Shown here in pieces: positions 9,831-19,883 of a DNA stretch of 64,000 nt. Made by a program: the position numbers and the translations under genes. Positions within the stretch are counted from its first letter, which is position 1, and each line of letters begins with the position of its first letter. The stretch lies in contig JBDRKL010000012.1 in the NCBI GenBank assembly GCA_043814055.1, forward strand, positions 64,001-128,000, written 5' to 3'. The notes under the pieces are model-generated. The model was not told the DNA's origin. It ran no database searches and saw nothing but the letters and a program-made list of their open reading frames with translations. This DNA comes from an archaeon. GTDB taxonomy: Archaea; Undinarchaeota; Undinarchaeia; Undinarchaeales; JBDRKL01.

Positions 9831-10466
9831 ATGTCAAAGGGGCAAATTACGTCATTCTCAACCATCCTGATGATAAGCCTGATAATCGTGCTTATTGTTG
9901 GGACTTACAGCTGGGGCAGTGATCTCGTGGAAACGCAAGAGACAAGAACAACGATTAATTACATGCAGGCAAATCTCCTTGACCTGGAGAGCGCCATAGT
10001 TGAGGTTTCCCACGAAGGCGAGAACGCGACGAGAGCAATCCAGATTGATGTTTCTGCTGGGAAGCTCTATGTTGCTGACGAGGATTATTGCATTGGAGAT
10101 GTTGTGAATAGCAATGGAATCGTGTATGAACTCAGCACTGAAAATGCGTTCATAGATTCAAGCGCAACTGGATGGATAAACATAGATCCATATGATTCCG
10201 GCACTGATTGCGAGGTTAGCTATTTTGATAACTCGGCTGGACTGCTCCTAGCCAGGACTCAGAATGTGGGAGACGCATACGTGAACCAGTACATGATTTG
10301 GTTCAGGAAGCTCACTTCGGGCGGCGGTAACTACTTGATTAACATTAGCAAAGGCACTTCAAGCGAAACCTCGGGCGGCGGGGCAGTGGTAAGTGTCCGA
10401 AATACTGGGACCGTGACAACAGGCGGGGTAACATACATCAACGTGGAAGTTAACCTCGGAGGATAA
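9831..10466 (+). CDS. Pilin-like protein (class III signal peptide)
   Basis: SKG/QITS followed by hydrophobic helix. Confidence 0.75.
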   Translation: MSKGQITSFSTILMISLIIVLIVGTYSWGSDLVETQETRTTINYMQANLLDLESAIVEVSHEGENATRAIQIDVSAGKLYVADEDYCIGDVVNSNGIVYELSTENAFIDSSATGWINIDPYDSGTDCEVSYFDNSAGLLLARTQNVGDAYVNQYMIWFRKLTSGGGNYLINISKGTSSETSGGGAVVSVRNTGTVTTGGVTYINVEVNLGG

Positions 10467-10498
10467 AAGATATATAAATAGCAACGCTAGTTCTGAAT

Positions 10499-10939
10499 AT
10501 GTGGTCAAACAGGAAAGGCGCAGCTATGGTTGTTGAGCAGGCCTTCATAGCAGTTTTTGGCATTGTAATACTCATAACCGTGATGATAGTATTCTCAAAT
10601 CTCAGGATAGATTTTTCAAAACACGTTGCAGAGGCGCAGTTTGACGAGGTGGGCGCGGTCACGCACAATGCTGTTCTGCAGGCCTATGAAAACGGGAAGT
10701 ATGCGAATAGTGCCAAGGTAGTGGTCAGACTGCCTGGCAAACTAGGGGGAATGCCGTACACGGTCTCGCTGACCAATGATAATATAACTGTCCAAAATAT
10801 ATACGGAGACGTGAACAGAACGCTGGGCGTGATGAATATTACCGCAAACCTGTCCGGAAATTGCAGCTCAACTGGCAGCGGACCTTGCGTGGTTGAGTAC
10901 AACAGCTCAAGTGGAAACATAACCCTGGAGACCCTCTGA
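10499..10939 (+). CDS. Pilin-like protein (class III signal peptide)
   Basis: RKG/AAMVVE followed by hydrophobic helix. Confidence 0.72.
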   Translation: MWSNRKGAAMVVEQAFIAVFGIVILITVMIVFSNLRIDFSKHVAEAQFDEVGAVTHNAVLQAYENGKYANSAKVVVRLPGKLGGMPYTVSLTNDNITVQNIYGDVNRTLGVMNITANLSGNCSSTGSGPCVVEYNSSSGNITLETL

Positions 10940-13005
10940 TGGGAAGGCAAGAACTTAAGGAGTTTATGAGAAAAGCGGCTGAAGTCTACCGTGAGGAGGA
11001 TGAAATACGCAAGAAGGTCACGATTAAATCAACTCCGAAGCCAGTGATTATAGATGACCTCCACAAGGAGCTCAGGGGCGAAGGCGTCCCAACCGGCCTG
11101 AGCCAGAAAATGCACGAGATTGTTAATAAAGAACCAGCCATTGACAGCAGCTCTGAACCTGACTTGCGCGAGGAGGTTGGCAGTGCGATAAAGGAAGCGG
11201 TTGAGCACAAGAAGAACGGCAAGATAAGCGAGGAAGGGCTCACGAAAATAGTGCAGGAAGCTGTTTCAGAGCACGAAAAAGGATTCACGAAAGATGACGT
11301 CAGGGCCATAATACAGGAGGTTCTCAAGTCAGAGTTGCAGAAGGGGGCGATTCTTTCAAGGTACGCCCCACAGGTGAATGCAACCCCTGTTGCGATTGAA
11401 GTAAAGGATGAAACGCAAAACCTGAGTATGCCGCTCCCGTCCATTAATGATGGGGGAATGATAAAGAGACGGCATGCGGATGCGAGCGGATTTGCAGGGG
11501 AGGATTTCACAAAGGTTAACATAACCTATCCGCTTGTGTACAGAGAGGGCAAGGTTCACGTTTACGCTAACATAAAATATGACCAGCAGGAGCGCGGTCT
11601 TTTGTACAGGATTATAGAGCCGCAGTTGAGCAAGGAAGAGCAGGAGAAGCTTGACAAGATAGAGACCACGCTAATAGAGGAGCTTGAAGTTGACTTTGCC
11701 GCACTAAAAATGCAGACCGCTGAGAAATACCTGAAAGAGAAAGTTGACGAGGTCATCATATATTATAAGATGGAAATCAGCAAGAGGACTAGGGACCTGA
11801 TGGATTATTTCATACATCGGGACCTGATAGGGCTTGGAAAAATTGAGGCGATGATGCAGGATGCGAACATAGAAGACATAAGCTGTGATGGTGTTGGAAT
11901 CCCAATTTACGTTTACCACAGGGACCCGAGGTTTGGATCAATAAAAACCAACATATCGTTCAATAACGCGGATGACCTGGACTCGTTCGTGATGAAAATC
12001 GCGCAGCGCTGCAACAGGTCAATAAGCGTGGCAGACCCTCTCTTGGATGGCGCGCTGCCGGACGGAAGCCGTGTCCAGGCAACATTTGGAACTGGAATAT
12101 CAATGAAGGGCTCCAACTTCACTATAAGAAAGTTCACGCTTGACCCATTGACATGCATTGACTTGCTTAATTATGGGACAATAGGCCCGGAGATGCTCGC
12201 ATACCTGTGGATTGCAATAGAAAACGGAAAGTCCGTGCTGATTGCAGGACCGACCGCGTCAGGAAAAACAACGATGCTCAACGCGCTCTCGCTGTTCATA
12301 CGGCCGGAACTCAAAATTGTTTCAATAGAGGACACTCCGGAATTGAGGCTGCCGCACGAGAACTGGATATCACAAGTCGCAAGAATTGGCTTCGGGCCTG
12401 AAACAATCTCTGGCAAGAAGCTCGGGGAGATTTCATTGTTTGACCTGCTCAAGGCATCGCTCAGGCAGAGGCCGGACACGATAATCGTGGGAGAAGTTCG
12501 TGGCAAGGAAGCCTACGTGCTGTTCCAGCAGATTGCAACCGGGCACCCTGGCATAAGCACGATTCACGCTGAGTCAATGGCCGCGGTCGTGAACAGGCTG
12601 AGAACGCCGCCAATAAATCTGCCGGCAAGCCTGGTGCAGCACTTGGACATATTGATAGTGGTTACGAGGCAAAGACTGCAGGGCAAGTACATGAGGAGAA
12701 CCAAGGAGATTGTTGAAGTCATTGGGTATGATATGGAAAAGGACTGGCCCAAGGTAAACACCACTTATGAGTGGGTGCCCGCAAAGGACAAGTTCAACTA
12801 CACCGGCAAGAGTTTGATACTTAAAGATGTTATGGAAACAATGGGCTCAGACCCTGCGGGAATTTTTTCAGAGGTTGAGCGAAGGATGAAAGTGCTTGAG
12901 TGGATGCAGGAAAATGGCGTTCGCGACTACAAGAATGTTGGACGCGTCATACATGAATACTACCAGAGCCCAGACACGCTAATGGAGAGGATAGGCGAGG
13001 ATTAG
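10939..13005 (+). CDS. Type II/IV secretion / pilus assembly ATPase (VirB11/ArlI family)
   Basis: Walker A GPTASGKTT, SIEDTPEL, LRQRPDTIIVGEVRG, GHPGISTIHA. Confidence 0.95.
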   Translation: MGRQELKEFMRKAAEVYREEDEIRKKVTIKSTPKPVIIDDLHKELRGEGVPTGLSQKMHEIVNKEPAIDSSSEPDLREEVGSAIKEAVEHKKNGKISEEGLTKIVQEAVSEHEKGFTKDDVRAIIQEVLKSELQKGAILSRYAPQVNATPVAIEVKDETQNLSMPLPSINDGGMIKRRHADASGFAGEDFTKVNITYPLVYREGKVHVYANIKYDQQERGLLYRIIEPQLSKEEQEKLDKIETTLIEELEVDFAALKMQTAEKYLKEKVDEVIIYYKMEISKRTRDLMDYFIHRDLIGLGKIEAMMQDANIEDISCDGVGIPIYVYHRDPRFGSIKTNISFNNADDLDSFVMKIAQRCNRSISVADPLLDGALPDGSRVQATFGTGISMKGSNFTIRKFTLDPLTCIDLLNYGTIGPEMLAYLWIAIENGKSVLIAGPTASGKTTMLNALSLFIRPELKIVSIEDTPELRLPHENWISQVARIGFGPETISGKKLGEISLFDLLKASLRQRPDTIIVGEVRGKEAYVLFQQIATGHPGISTIHAESMAAVVNRLRTPPINLPASLVQHLDILIVVTRQRLQGKYMRRTKEIVEVIGYDMEKDWPKVNTTYEWVPAKDKFNYTGKSLILKDVMETMGSDPAGIFSEVERRMKVLEWMQENGVRDYKNVGRVIHEYYQSPDTLMERIGED

Positions 13006-13006
13006 A

Positions 13007-13879
13007 ATGAATTTTTTTGAAAAGTACAGGGCAATCTCAGGGAGATTTTTTAATTCCTATGTGGAGAAGAATCTTGAGTCGTACAAGAACATACACCACG
13101 ACTTGCGGCTTGCGAACATAAACATAATGCTACGGGAGTACATTAGCATATGTTATTTCACGCTTTTCCTAGTGATGGCTGTTTCAATACCATCGCTTTT
13201 AGTGATTTTTCTTTTGATGGAAAAAGGAATTGTACTTTCCCTGCTACTTGCGTCAGGCATCGGGCTTGGCATCTCGTTCGGGAGCTTCGTGGTCGCGCTG
13301 AAGTACCCGATGACAAAGGCAGACGAGAGGAAGAGGAGCATAGAGAACAACCTGCCTTTCGCAGTCCTGTACATGAACACTATTGCTGGCACTGGCTCGC
13401 CGCCCTACTTGATATTCAAGCTGCTCACCGAATTCAAGGAGTATGGGGAAGTTTCAGTTGAGGCGCAGAGAATTGTTGAGGAAGTTGAGATAATGGGTCA
13501 GGATATAGAGGTTGCGATGCAGCGGACTGCTGACGAGACCCCGTCAAAACAGCTGCGGGACTTGCTCTGGGGAATGATTACGACAATTGTTGGCGGAGGA
13601 GACCTGAAGGCTCTGCTCAAGGAAGAGGCCTCCTTCCTTATGAATGACTACAGGAGGCGGATGGAGGAGTACACTAATACTCTGACGATGTACGTTGAGG
13701 TTTACATAACGCTCGTGATTGTTGGATCCATATTCGGGCTGGTCATGTCAACAATAATGGGGACCATCTCAGGATTTGCAGGCCTGCGCGTGATGCAAGA
13801 GCTGCTTGTATTCGTGTTCCTGCCGATTGCGTCAATTGTTTTCATAATGCTGCTGAAGGTGACATCACCTATTTCGTGA
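13007..13879 (+). CDS. Pilus platform membrane protein (TadB/TadC, T2SS F family)
   Basis: IENNLPFA, YGEVSVEAQRI, TPSKQLRDLL, multiple TM segments. Confidence 0.88.
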   Translation: MNFFEKYRAISGRFFNSYVEKNLESYKNIHHDLRLANINIMLREYISICYFTLFLVMAVSIPSLLVIFLLMEKGIVLSLLLASGIGLGISFGSFVVALKYPMTKADERKRSIENNLPFAVLYMNTIAGTGSPPYLIFKLLTEFKEYGEVSVEAQRIVEEVEIMGQDIEVAMQRTADETPSKQLRDLLWGMITTIVGGGDLKALLKEEASFLMNDYRRRMEEYTNTLTMYVEVYITLVIVGSIFGLVMSTIMGTISGFAGLRVMQELLVFVFLPIASIVFIMLLKVTSPIS

Positions 13880-14808
13880 GAAAAATGACTGAAGAAAAAA
13901 ACAAGAAACAGAAAGAGAAGAGAAAGATAGACCTAATCGGGTTTTTCAGGGACGATGCAAAGAAAGGGAAGACAATTGATGAGGGCAAGTTCCTAGGACT
14001 TTCAAAGACGCATCAGCTTATTTTGGTTTCTGGGATTGGAGTCATAATTCTTGTGTTTGCCGCATTGCTTATTGGAAGCGCGAAATTCTATGGACTTTTC
14101 CTGGGTATGGCGGTTATTGTTGGGTTTATCCCATACTCACTGCGCGTGTACTTTAGGAAACAGAGATTGGTGAAGTGGGAAGATAACCTGCCAGCGCTTT
14201 TGAGGGACATAGCAGAGGCCAGAAAGAGCGGGATGACCCTGCCGCAGGCAGTTTACAAGAGCGCAAAGGTTGATTATGGGGAATTGAATCCTGAGGTTAA
14301 GAGGATGGCGAATCAGATATCCTGGGGCGTGCCGTTCAATGAGGTCCTGACGAGCTTTGCGAAGCGGAGCAAGAGCAGGTTCATAGAGCGCGCGATTGCA
14401 ATCATAGTTGAGGCGCAGGTGAGCGGCGGTGCGCTGACTGACACGCTGGACGCAGTGGCGAGGGACGCGAGCATGATAAAGGAGCTGGAAAAGGAGAGGA
14501 AGACGCGGCTGAACCAGCAGGTTGTCGTGATGTACTCCATATTTTTCCTGTTCATCGCAATAGTTGTTGCACTACAAAGATTAATGATACCGCTCATAAC
14601 ATCGCGCGGATTCAGCCTTGCCTCTGAGAGCCCTGAGGAGGTTTTGTTCTTCTACAGAAACCTGTTCTTCTCAATGATTGTGATACAGGCAATATTCAAT
14701 GGAATGCTCGCGGGTCAGATAGGAGAGGGCTCCGCAGTCATTGGGCTGAAGCACAGCGCAGTATTCCTCGTGGTTGGCGTTGTGATATCAGTAATGTTCA
14801 TATTTTAA
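13876..14808 (+). CDS. Pilus platform membrane protein (TadB/TadC, T2SS F family)
   Basis: LPALLRDIAEARKSGMTL, DYGEL, WGVPF, GQIGEG..GLKH. Confidence 0.88.
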   Translation: MRKMTEEKNKKQKEKRKIDLIGFFRDDAKKGKTIDEGKFLGLSKTHQLILVSGIGVIILVFAALLIGSAKFYGLFLGMAVIVGFIPYSLRVYFRKQRLVKWEDNLPALLRDIAEARKSGMTLPQAVYKSAKVDYGELNPEVKRMANQISWGVPFNEVLTSFAKRSKSRFIERAIAIIVEAQVSGGALTDTLDAVARDASMIKELEKERKTRLNQQVVVMYSIFFLFIAIVVALQRLMIPLITSRGFSLASESPEEVLFFYRNLFFSMIVIQAIFNGMLAGQIGEGSAVIGLKHSAVFLVVGVVISVMFIF

Positions 14809-14809
14809 A

Positions 14810-15316
14810 ATGAAAAAAGGGCAAATAAACCTGGGATTCGTGGTGGCAGTATTGCTGCTGATAGTATTGATAATATCCACTACAATGACTGTTGTTGGGT
14901 GGGCTCCGGAAGTTGTGGACGAGGCGCGGCACAAGGCGCTTGAGTCCAAGGCAACTGACTTGGGTAAACTGATACTAGAAGACCCAGGAATGCCGGCGGA
15001 TTGGAATGACCCAACCCTTGTGGATGTGCCAGGACTCGCGCTTTATAATGAATATTCAAAAGAGACTGTTATCGGCAAGCTTGACACTATTAAAATAGTA
15101 GGCTGGGAGCTTTTGGGGTATCAGGAGGTCAAGATAAAATTAGGATTGGACAATGACACTAATTTCAGGCTGACCATAAATAGCTGTAATACCACTGATT
15201 TTTATGGGTCGCTTCCAGACGAAACAACGCGGGTTGTGCGGGTAAGGAGACATCTAGTGATTGGGAATTTAACAAATAATGATTGCACGTCAAATGTGAC
15301 ACTGTGGGTGTGGTGA
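14810..15316 (+). CDS. Minor pilin-like protein
   Basis: KKG/QINL, hydrophobic helix, PGMPADW motif. Confidence 0.72.
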   Translation: MKKGQINLGFVVAVLLLIVLIISTTMTVVGWAPEVVDEARHKALESKATDLGKLILEDPGMPADWNDPTLVDVPGLALYNEYSKETVIGKLDTIKIVGWELLGYQEVKIKLGLDNDTNFRLTINSCNTTDFYGSLPDETTRVVRVRRHLVIGNLTNNDCTSNVTLWVW

Positions 15317-15792
15317 TGAGGTCAATAAGAAATAACAAGGGATGGATAAGATTGGTTGAGGTAGCCTTGGCCAGCGCTCTTGTTTTTGGGTATATTACAT
15401 ACTTGCAGGGAACAATGCTGGTTGAAGACCCTGAACCGGAATGGGATTCTGCCAAATTGAAGTCCTATGGGGAGGATGCCTTCAAATCGCTTGACTTGAG
15501 CGATGTTCTCGGGGATTATAAGACAGACTTGAGGGAAAGACTGCTTGAAGGGACTTGGGTGACCTTGGGAGATGACTTGGATAGAATCCTACCAGAAAAT
15601 GTTGCATACGCTTTGTATTTTTACAGTAATACAACAGCTTTGTGGGAGCTCAAGGCAGGAATTGATGACTCGCAAGTCTCGGCTGGAAAGGACAAGGTTG
15701 TGGTGTTGTACGTTGTTGCCGGAGACCGCGGGGAATACTGCGAGGGAGAGGGCGCGTGCGTTCTGAAAATGGTGCTATGGTACATAATATGA
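15316..15792 (+). CDS. Minor pilin-like protein
   Basis: NKG/WIRLVEVAL class III-like signal; TGATG-coupled start. Confidence 0.7.
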   Translation: MRSIRNNKGWIRLVEVALASALVFGYITYLQGTMLVEDPEPEWDSAKLKSYGEDAFKSLDLSDVLGDYKTDLRERLLEGTWVTLGDDLDRILPENVAYALYFYSNTTALWELKAGIDDSQVSAGKDKVVVLYVVAGDRGEYCEGEGACVLKMVLWYII

Positions 15793-16550
15793 AACTTGGA
15801 AATAGGAAAGGACAGTTTTTCATAGCCGCGGGCGTGATAATGATAATGACGATTGCAATTATATTCCACTTTGTCGTGAACGTTGAGGAAGTTGACAGCG
15901 CAGGAGTTGTTTCAAGTGATGCCGGGTTCTTCTTCAAGAACATCAGGGACGAGTATGGGATGGTGACTGAGATTTGTTTGGAAAATGCGTCGCAAGAGGG
16001 GCTGGATCCAACACAATCCGCAGACGTGCTTGATGCAAATATTTCAAATTTCACAGAGTTTGTGAAGGAGGTTGCGCGATGGAAAGGAATGGACCTCCAG
16101 GTCAGCACGCAGAGGAACACTGCAAACAACAGTTTCATGAACACTACTGTGAACCTGACGCTGAAGACGCAGAGCAATGAGCTGTACAGCAGTTTTGAAG
16201 CGGTTAGGGGGATACAGGTGGAAATTGAGAATCTAATTGCTTCTTCAACTGGCCCGCCAACTTGCACCCTTAACATAACGGGAGTGGAGTTTAACGTGAC
16301 TAAGGAGCATTATGAGCCAATGCCAGGGCTTGATACCACCACTTTTGGAGATCTCATTGCTGATATTTCAGGTTGTGGAACTGTCACGAATACTTGCACA
16401 TACACAGAAGTAGGAGGAGGAAAATATGCAGGCGCTTGTAGCCCTCTAGTACTTACCTGTCCTTGCCCAACAACAGTTGAAGTAACTCAGGATGTTGTGG
16501 ACCGCAGGAACATATATGGTGCAGGAACAAGAAGTTTCCCAGTGCCTTAA
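15789..16550 (+). CDS. Minor pilin-like protein with Cys-rich C-terminal domain
   Basis: RKG/QFFI and hydrophobic helix; ATGA-coupled start. Confidence 0.7.
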   Translation: MKLGNRKGQFFIAAGVIMIMTIAIIFHFVVNVEEVDSAGVVSSDAGFFFKNIRDEYGMVTEICLENASQEGLDPTQSADVLDANISNFTEFVKEVARWKGMDLQVSTQRNTANNSFMNTTVNLTLKTQSNELYSSFEAVRGIQVEIENLIASSTGPPTCTLNITGVEFNVTKEHYEPMPGLDTTTFGDLIADISGCGTVTNTCTYTEVGGGKYAGACSPLVLTCPCPTTVEVTQDVVDRRNIYGAGTRSFPVP

Positions 16551-17740
16551 GCAGAGAGCAGAAACTTTCGCTCTTCCGGCTCAAGCCTAAAAAGTTCACT
16601 GTCTTTTGAAATCATTGCCAAGTAGGGAAACTGCTCAATCGCGCGCTTCTTTGAGCAGTGAAGCTCAGCGCCTATTTTTGCAGCGATTGCGTCACGAGTT
16701 GCCCGCGCAATTTTGGAGCGGCCCATTTTCATAATGATTGAGGGTGGGGCATACTTTGTGAACTTGCTGTATTTTTCGTGCTTCGCGCTTGAAACACCGA
16801 GAGCAATGTGGTCGTTGTAATACTTCAGCAAGCCCCAGGATTGTGTGCGCATTATTCTCCTGCTGAAAACGTCAGCGCGGGAAAGATGGTCATATGCCTT
16901 TGCGATTTCATCAGGCTTTTCATACTCGTTAGGAATGTTCTCAGCGAGCCAGTTGAATATTTCTTCAGGGTTCTTGCCAAAGCTGAAAAGGGTGTCCATT
17001 ATGAATTTTGAGTCCTTTGACTTGAAGATTGCCATAAGAACTTGGGTGATTTCTTTCTCGCGGTCACGGACCCCCATTGAATCCAAATCTTCAAACTTTA
17101 CATCTTTCACTCCGTTGGTTACACACTGCAAATCGTTTAAAGCAGCGCGCAAGTCTCCCTCGGAGCGGCGGGCTATTTCCGCAACAACATCCTTGCCAAT
17201 TTTCAGGTTTTCCAGACCTGCGATTTCCATAAGCTTTTTCGTTGCCTCGCGGATTCCAACCGGCTCCAACTTAATTGTTTTGCACTTCTTGCGGAGCAAG
17301 CTGAGCTTTGGCTTCCACGCGTCGTTGGCTGTGATTAGTACAGGGTAGCTTGACTCCTTGATTATCTCGTAAATCGCTGGCAAGCCGCCGCGGTCAGAGT
17401 TTCCGTGCACCCCGTCAATTTCATCAATGAGAATTATCTTGCCTTTTTTCTGGAGCAGGCTTTGCTGGCCTGATGCGTGGCCGAGCTTTTCCTTGATTGA
17501 GTTCTTTGTTCGGAAGTCTGAGGCGTTCATCTCAACGAGTTCATAATCAAACTCGTTGGCTAGCGCGATTGCAAGAGAGGTCTTGCCATTGCCTGTGGGG
17601 CCGTGGAGCAGGGGCGGCTTCGCTCCTTTCTTGAAATTTTTAACATAACTCAGGACGATTTCTATCGCTTTCTCGTGGCCGGCTATTTCGGAAAGTTTAT
17701 TGGGGCGGTATTTCTCAGTCCAGGGTGTTGATTCATTCAT
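16547..17740 (-). CDS. rfcL: Replication factor C large subunit
   Basis: PWTEKYRP, GPTGNGKT, EMNASD, IDEIDG. Confidence 0.93.
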   Translation of the reverse strand: MNESTPWTEKYRPNKLSEIAGHEKAIEIVLSYVKNFKKGAKPPLLHGPTGNGKTSLAIALANEFDYELVEMNASDFRTKNSIKEKLGHASGQQSLLQKKGKIILIDEIDGVHGNSDRGGLPAIYEIIKESSYPVLITANDAWKPKLSLLRKKCKTIKLEPVGIREATKKLMEIAGLENLKIGKDVVAEIARRSEGDLRAALNDLQCVTNGVKDVKFEDLDSMGVRDREKEITQVLMAIFKSKDSKFIMDTLFSFGKNPEEIFNWLAENIPNEYEKPDEIAKAYDHLSRADVFSRRIMRTQSWGLLKYYNDHIALGVSSAKHEKYSKFTKYAPPSIIMKMGRSKIARATRDAIAAKIGAELHCSKKRAIEQFPYLAMISKDSELFRLEPEERKFLLSA

Positions 17741-18711
17741 TGCTTCTTGCTGCCCAGCGCGTAGAACTGAGCCAGAAGAGCATCCAGCTGGACGCGCGCG
17801 TCAGAGCCCTCCGTAATCCTGAAGTCGTACTCGCCGAGCTTGTCTAGCAAAATAACGAGCTGATCCTGCGGCAGGTCCATTCCCATCAGCACTGAGTGCA
17901 CCTGGCGTATCACGTCCTCACCGGCGAGACCCTGCTTAATCATGAAATCATCCATCTTCTTCTTTGCGTCCTTGAATTTTCCATCCAAGGCGAGCTTGAC
18001 GCACTCCTCAACATCCTTTGGCTTTGCGCGGGTCGCGACCTTGAAGATTGTTTCCTCGTCTATCTTGTCGCCGAGCGCTGAGGACGCCTGGAGAAGGTTT
18101 ATCGCGTGGCGCAAATCTCCGCGGGCTATGCCGAGTATCGCATCTGACCCGCTGTCCTCAAGCTTAACATCCTCTTCTTTCGCGATGTGCTTAAGCTGTC
18201 CTGCGATGTCCTCGTCTGTGAGCGGGGTGAAGCGGAAGAGCATGCAGCGGCTCTGGATTGGATCTATGATTTTTGAGTTGTAGTTGCAGGCGAGTATAAA
18301 GCGGCATGTGTTGGTGTAGTTCTCCATTGTCCTGCGGAGTGCCTGCTGGGCTTCCCGGGTTAGAGCGTCGCTCTCGTCAAGGTAGATTATCTTGTAGGGG
18401 ATTTCGCCGAGCGGCCGGGTTCTCGCAAAGTTCTTGACCTTGTTGCGGATGACGTCAATGCCCCTTTCATCAGATGCGTTAAGCTCAAGAATGTTTGACT
18501 TCCAGCCCTCGCCAAAGAGCTCGCGGGCTATGGCTATTGCGCAAGTTGTCTTGCCTGTTCCAGCCGGACCTGAGAACATCAGGTGCTGCAGGGATTTATT
18601 TTCTACAAATGCCTTCAGCCGCGATACAACTTCCTTCTGCCCGACAACCTGGCCGAGCTTTAGCGGCCTGTACTTCTCAGTCCAGACCTGCGTGAATGAT
18701 TGTTCTGCCAT
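17737..18711 (-). CDS. rfcS: Replication factor C small subunit
   Basis: WTEKYRP, GPAGTGKTT, ELNASDERGIDVIR, AQQALRRTME, SRC; no intein. Confidence 0.96.
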   Translation of the reverse strand: MAEQSFTQVWTEKYRPLKLGQVVGQKEVVSRLKAFVENKSLQHLMFSGPAGTGKTTCAIAIARELFGEGWKSNILELNASDERGIDVIRNKVKNFARTRPLGEIPYKIIYLDESDALTREAQQALRRTMENYTNTCRFILACNYNSKIIDPIQSRCMLFRFTPLTDEDIAGQLKHIAKEEDVKLEDSGSDAILGIARGDLRHAINLLQASSALGDKIDEETIFKVATRAKPKDVEECVKLALDGKFKDAKKKMDDFMIKQGLAGEDVIRQVHSVLMGMDLPQDQLVILLDKLGEYDFRITEGSDARVQLDALLAQFYALGSKKQ

Positions 18712-18825
18712 CTTTTCTCCCAACACATACAAGGACAGCCCCATTTAAATAATGTTCACCTCCATAGGAAATTGTGCCTGAAAAAATTGGAAAAGGTTTA
18801 TATACTACAATTTATGAACTAGACG

Positions 18826-18935
18826 CTCCCAATGCGAAGTGCTTTGGCTGAAGTGCTTCCCTGATGTTTTTGGCTGAGGGCGCAGGAGAGAATTCCTGCG
18901 CATCTGATGCCAACGCCTGCTTTGGGAGGTGGGAG
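18826..18935 (+). promoter_or_regulatory. Structured 5' leader of histone gene (candidate cis-regulatory RNA)
   Basis: BRE/TATA GAAAAGGTTTATATA at about 18790-18804; nested stems CTCCCAA/TTGGGAG, TTGGC/GCCAA, GCGCAGGA/TCCTGCGC. Confidence 0.55.
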
Positions 18936-18940
18936 ATACA

Positions 18941-19141
18941 ATGGCTGAATTAGCTTTTGCAGCCGTGTCAAGCGTTATGAAACGCGCGGGTGCAGAAAGA
19001 GTTTCTGTTGAGGGAACAGAGAGCCTGCGGGAAATCCTTGAGTCATACGGGAACGAGATAGCGATTAAAGCGCTTGAGTTCGCCCAGCACGCTGGGAGAA
19101 AAACCGTACGCGCCGAGGACATTACCCTGGCTCTCGCATAA
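18941..19141 (+). CDS. Archaeal histone (HMf family)
   Basis: [24 protein letters not shown] histone-fold signature. Confidence 0.93.
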   Translation: MAELAFAAVSSVMKRAGAERVSVEGTESLREILESYGNEIAIKALEFAQHAGRKTVRAEDITLALA

Positions 19142-19148
19142 ACAATTT

Positions 19149-19179
19149 GGGGCACTTGGTGCCCCTTTTTCCTTTTTTT
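19149..19179 (+). terminator. Stem-loop plus T-tract terminator
   Basis: GGGGCAC-TTG-GTGCCCC followed by TTTTT. Confidence 0.75.
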
Positions 19180-19213
19180 AAAATTATTTAAACAAATAAA
19201 ATAAAGTCTTTTT

Positions 19214-19882
19214 ATGGAATATCCAATTCACTTGGCTGCGATTCCTGACGGATGCAGGCGATGGGCTGAGGAGCGGGGCAAAATGCCGTGGGAAGGGCAT
19301 AAGAAAGGCATTGAGACCCTGGAGGAAGTTGCAAAATGGGGCTTCAACAACACGCCGATAAAATATTTTACTGTTTACGGATTGTCAATGGAGAACCTGC
19401 AGAGGCCAAAGGCGCAGCTGAGCGCGCTAGACCGGCTGTACTCTGAACATTTCGCGCGGATTGCGGCAGATGAGGACATCCACAAGAATGAGGTGCGCGT
19501 TGACATGATAGGCCGTGAGGAATTATTGCCAAAGAGAATAAAAGCTGCTGTGAAAAAAGCGCGGGAAGAGACAGGGAAGTATAACAAGAGATTTTTGTAC
19601 ATCGCGCTGGCTTACTCTGGCAGGGCTGAGATTATTGACGCTGTCAAGAAAGTCAAAGGCGAGCTGACCGAGGAAGCGGTTTCAAAGAATCTTTACGCAA
19701 ACGCGCCAGAGCCGGACTTGATAATCAGAACCGCTGAGCAGAGGATGAGCAACTTCCTCCTGTGGCAGGGGGCATATGCAGAGCTTTACTTTTTTGACAA
19801 GCATTGGCCGGACTTCACGATTGAGGACTTGAAGAAAGCGCTGGAAGCTTATAATGAAAGGAAGAGGCGATTTGGGAAATGA
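19214..19882 (+). CDS. uppS: cis-prenyltransferase (undecaprenyl diphosphate synthase family)
   Basis: HLAAIPDGCRRWA, SMENLQR, PDLIIRT..RMSNFLLWQ, RRFGK. Confidence 0.93.
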   Translation: MEYPIHLAAIPDGCRRWAEERGKMPWEGHKKGIETLEEVAKWGFNNTPIKYFTVYGLSMENLQRPKAQLSALDRLYSEHFARIAADEDIHKNEVRVDMIGREELLPKRIKAAVKKAREETGKYNKRFLYIALAYSGRAEIIDAVKKVKGELTEEAVSKNLYANAPEPDLIIRTAEQRMSNFLLWQGAYAELYFFDKHWPDFTIEDLKKALEAYNERKRRFGK

Positions 19883-19883
19883 G

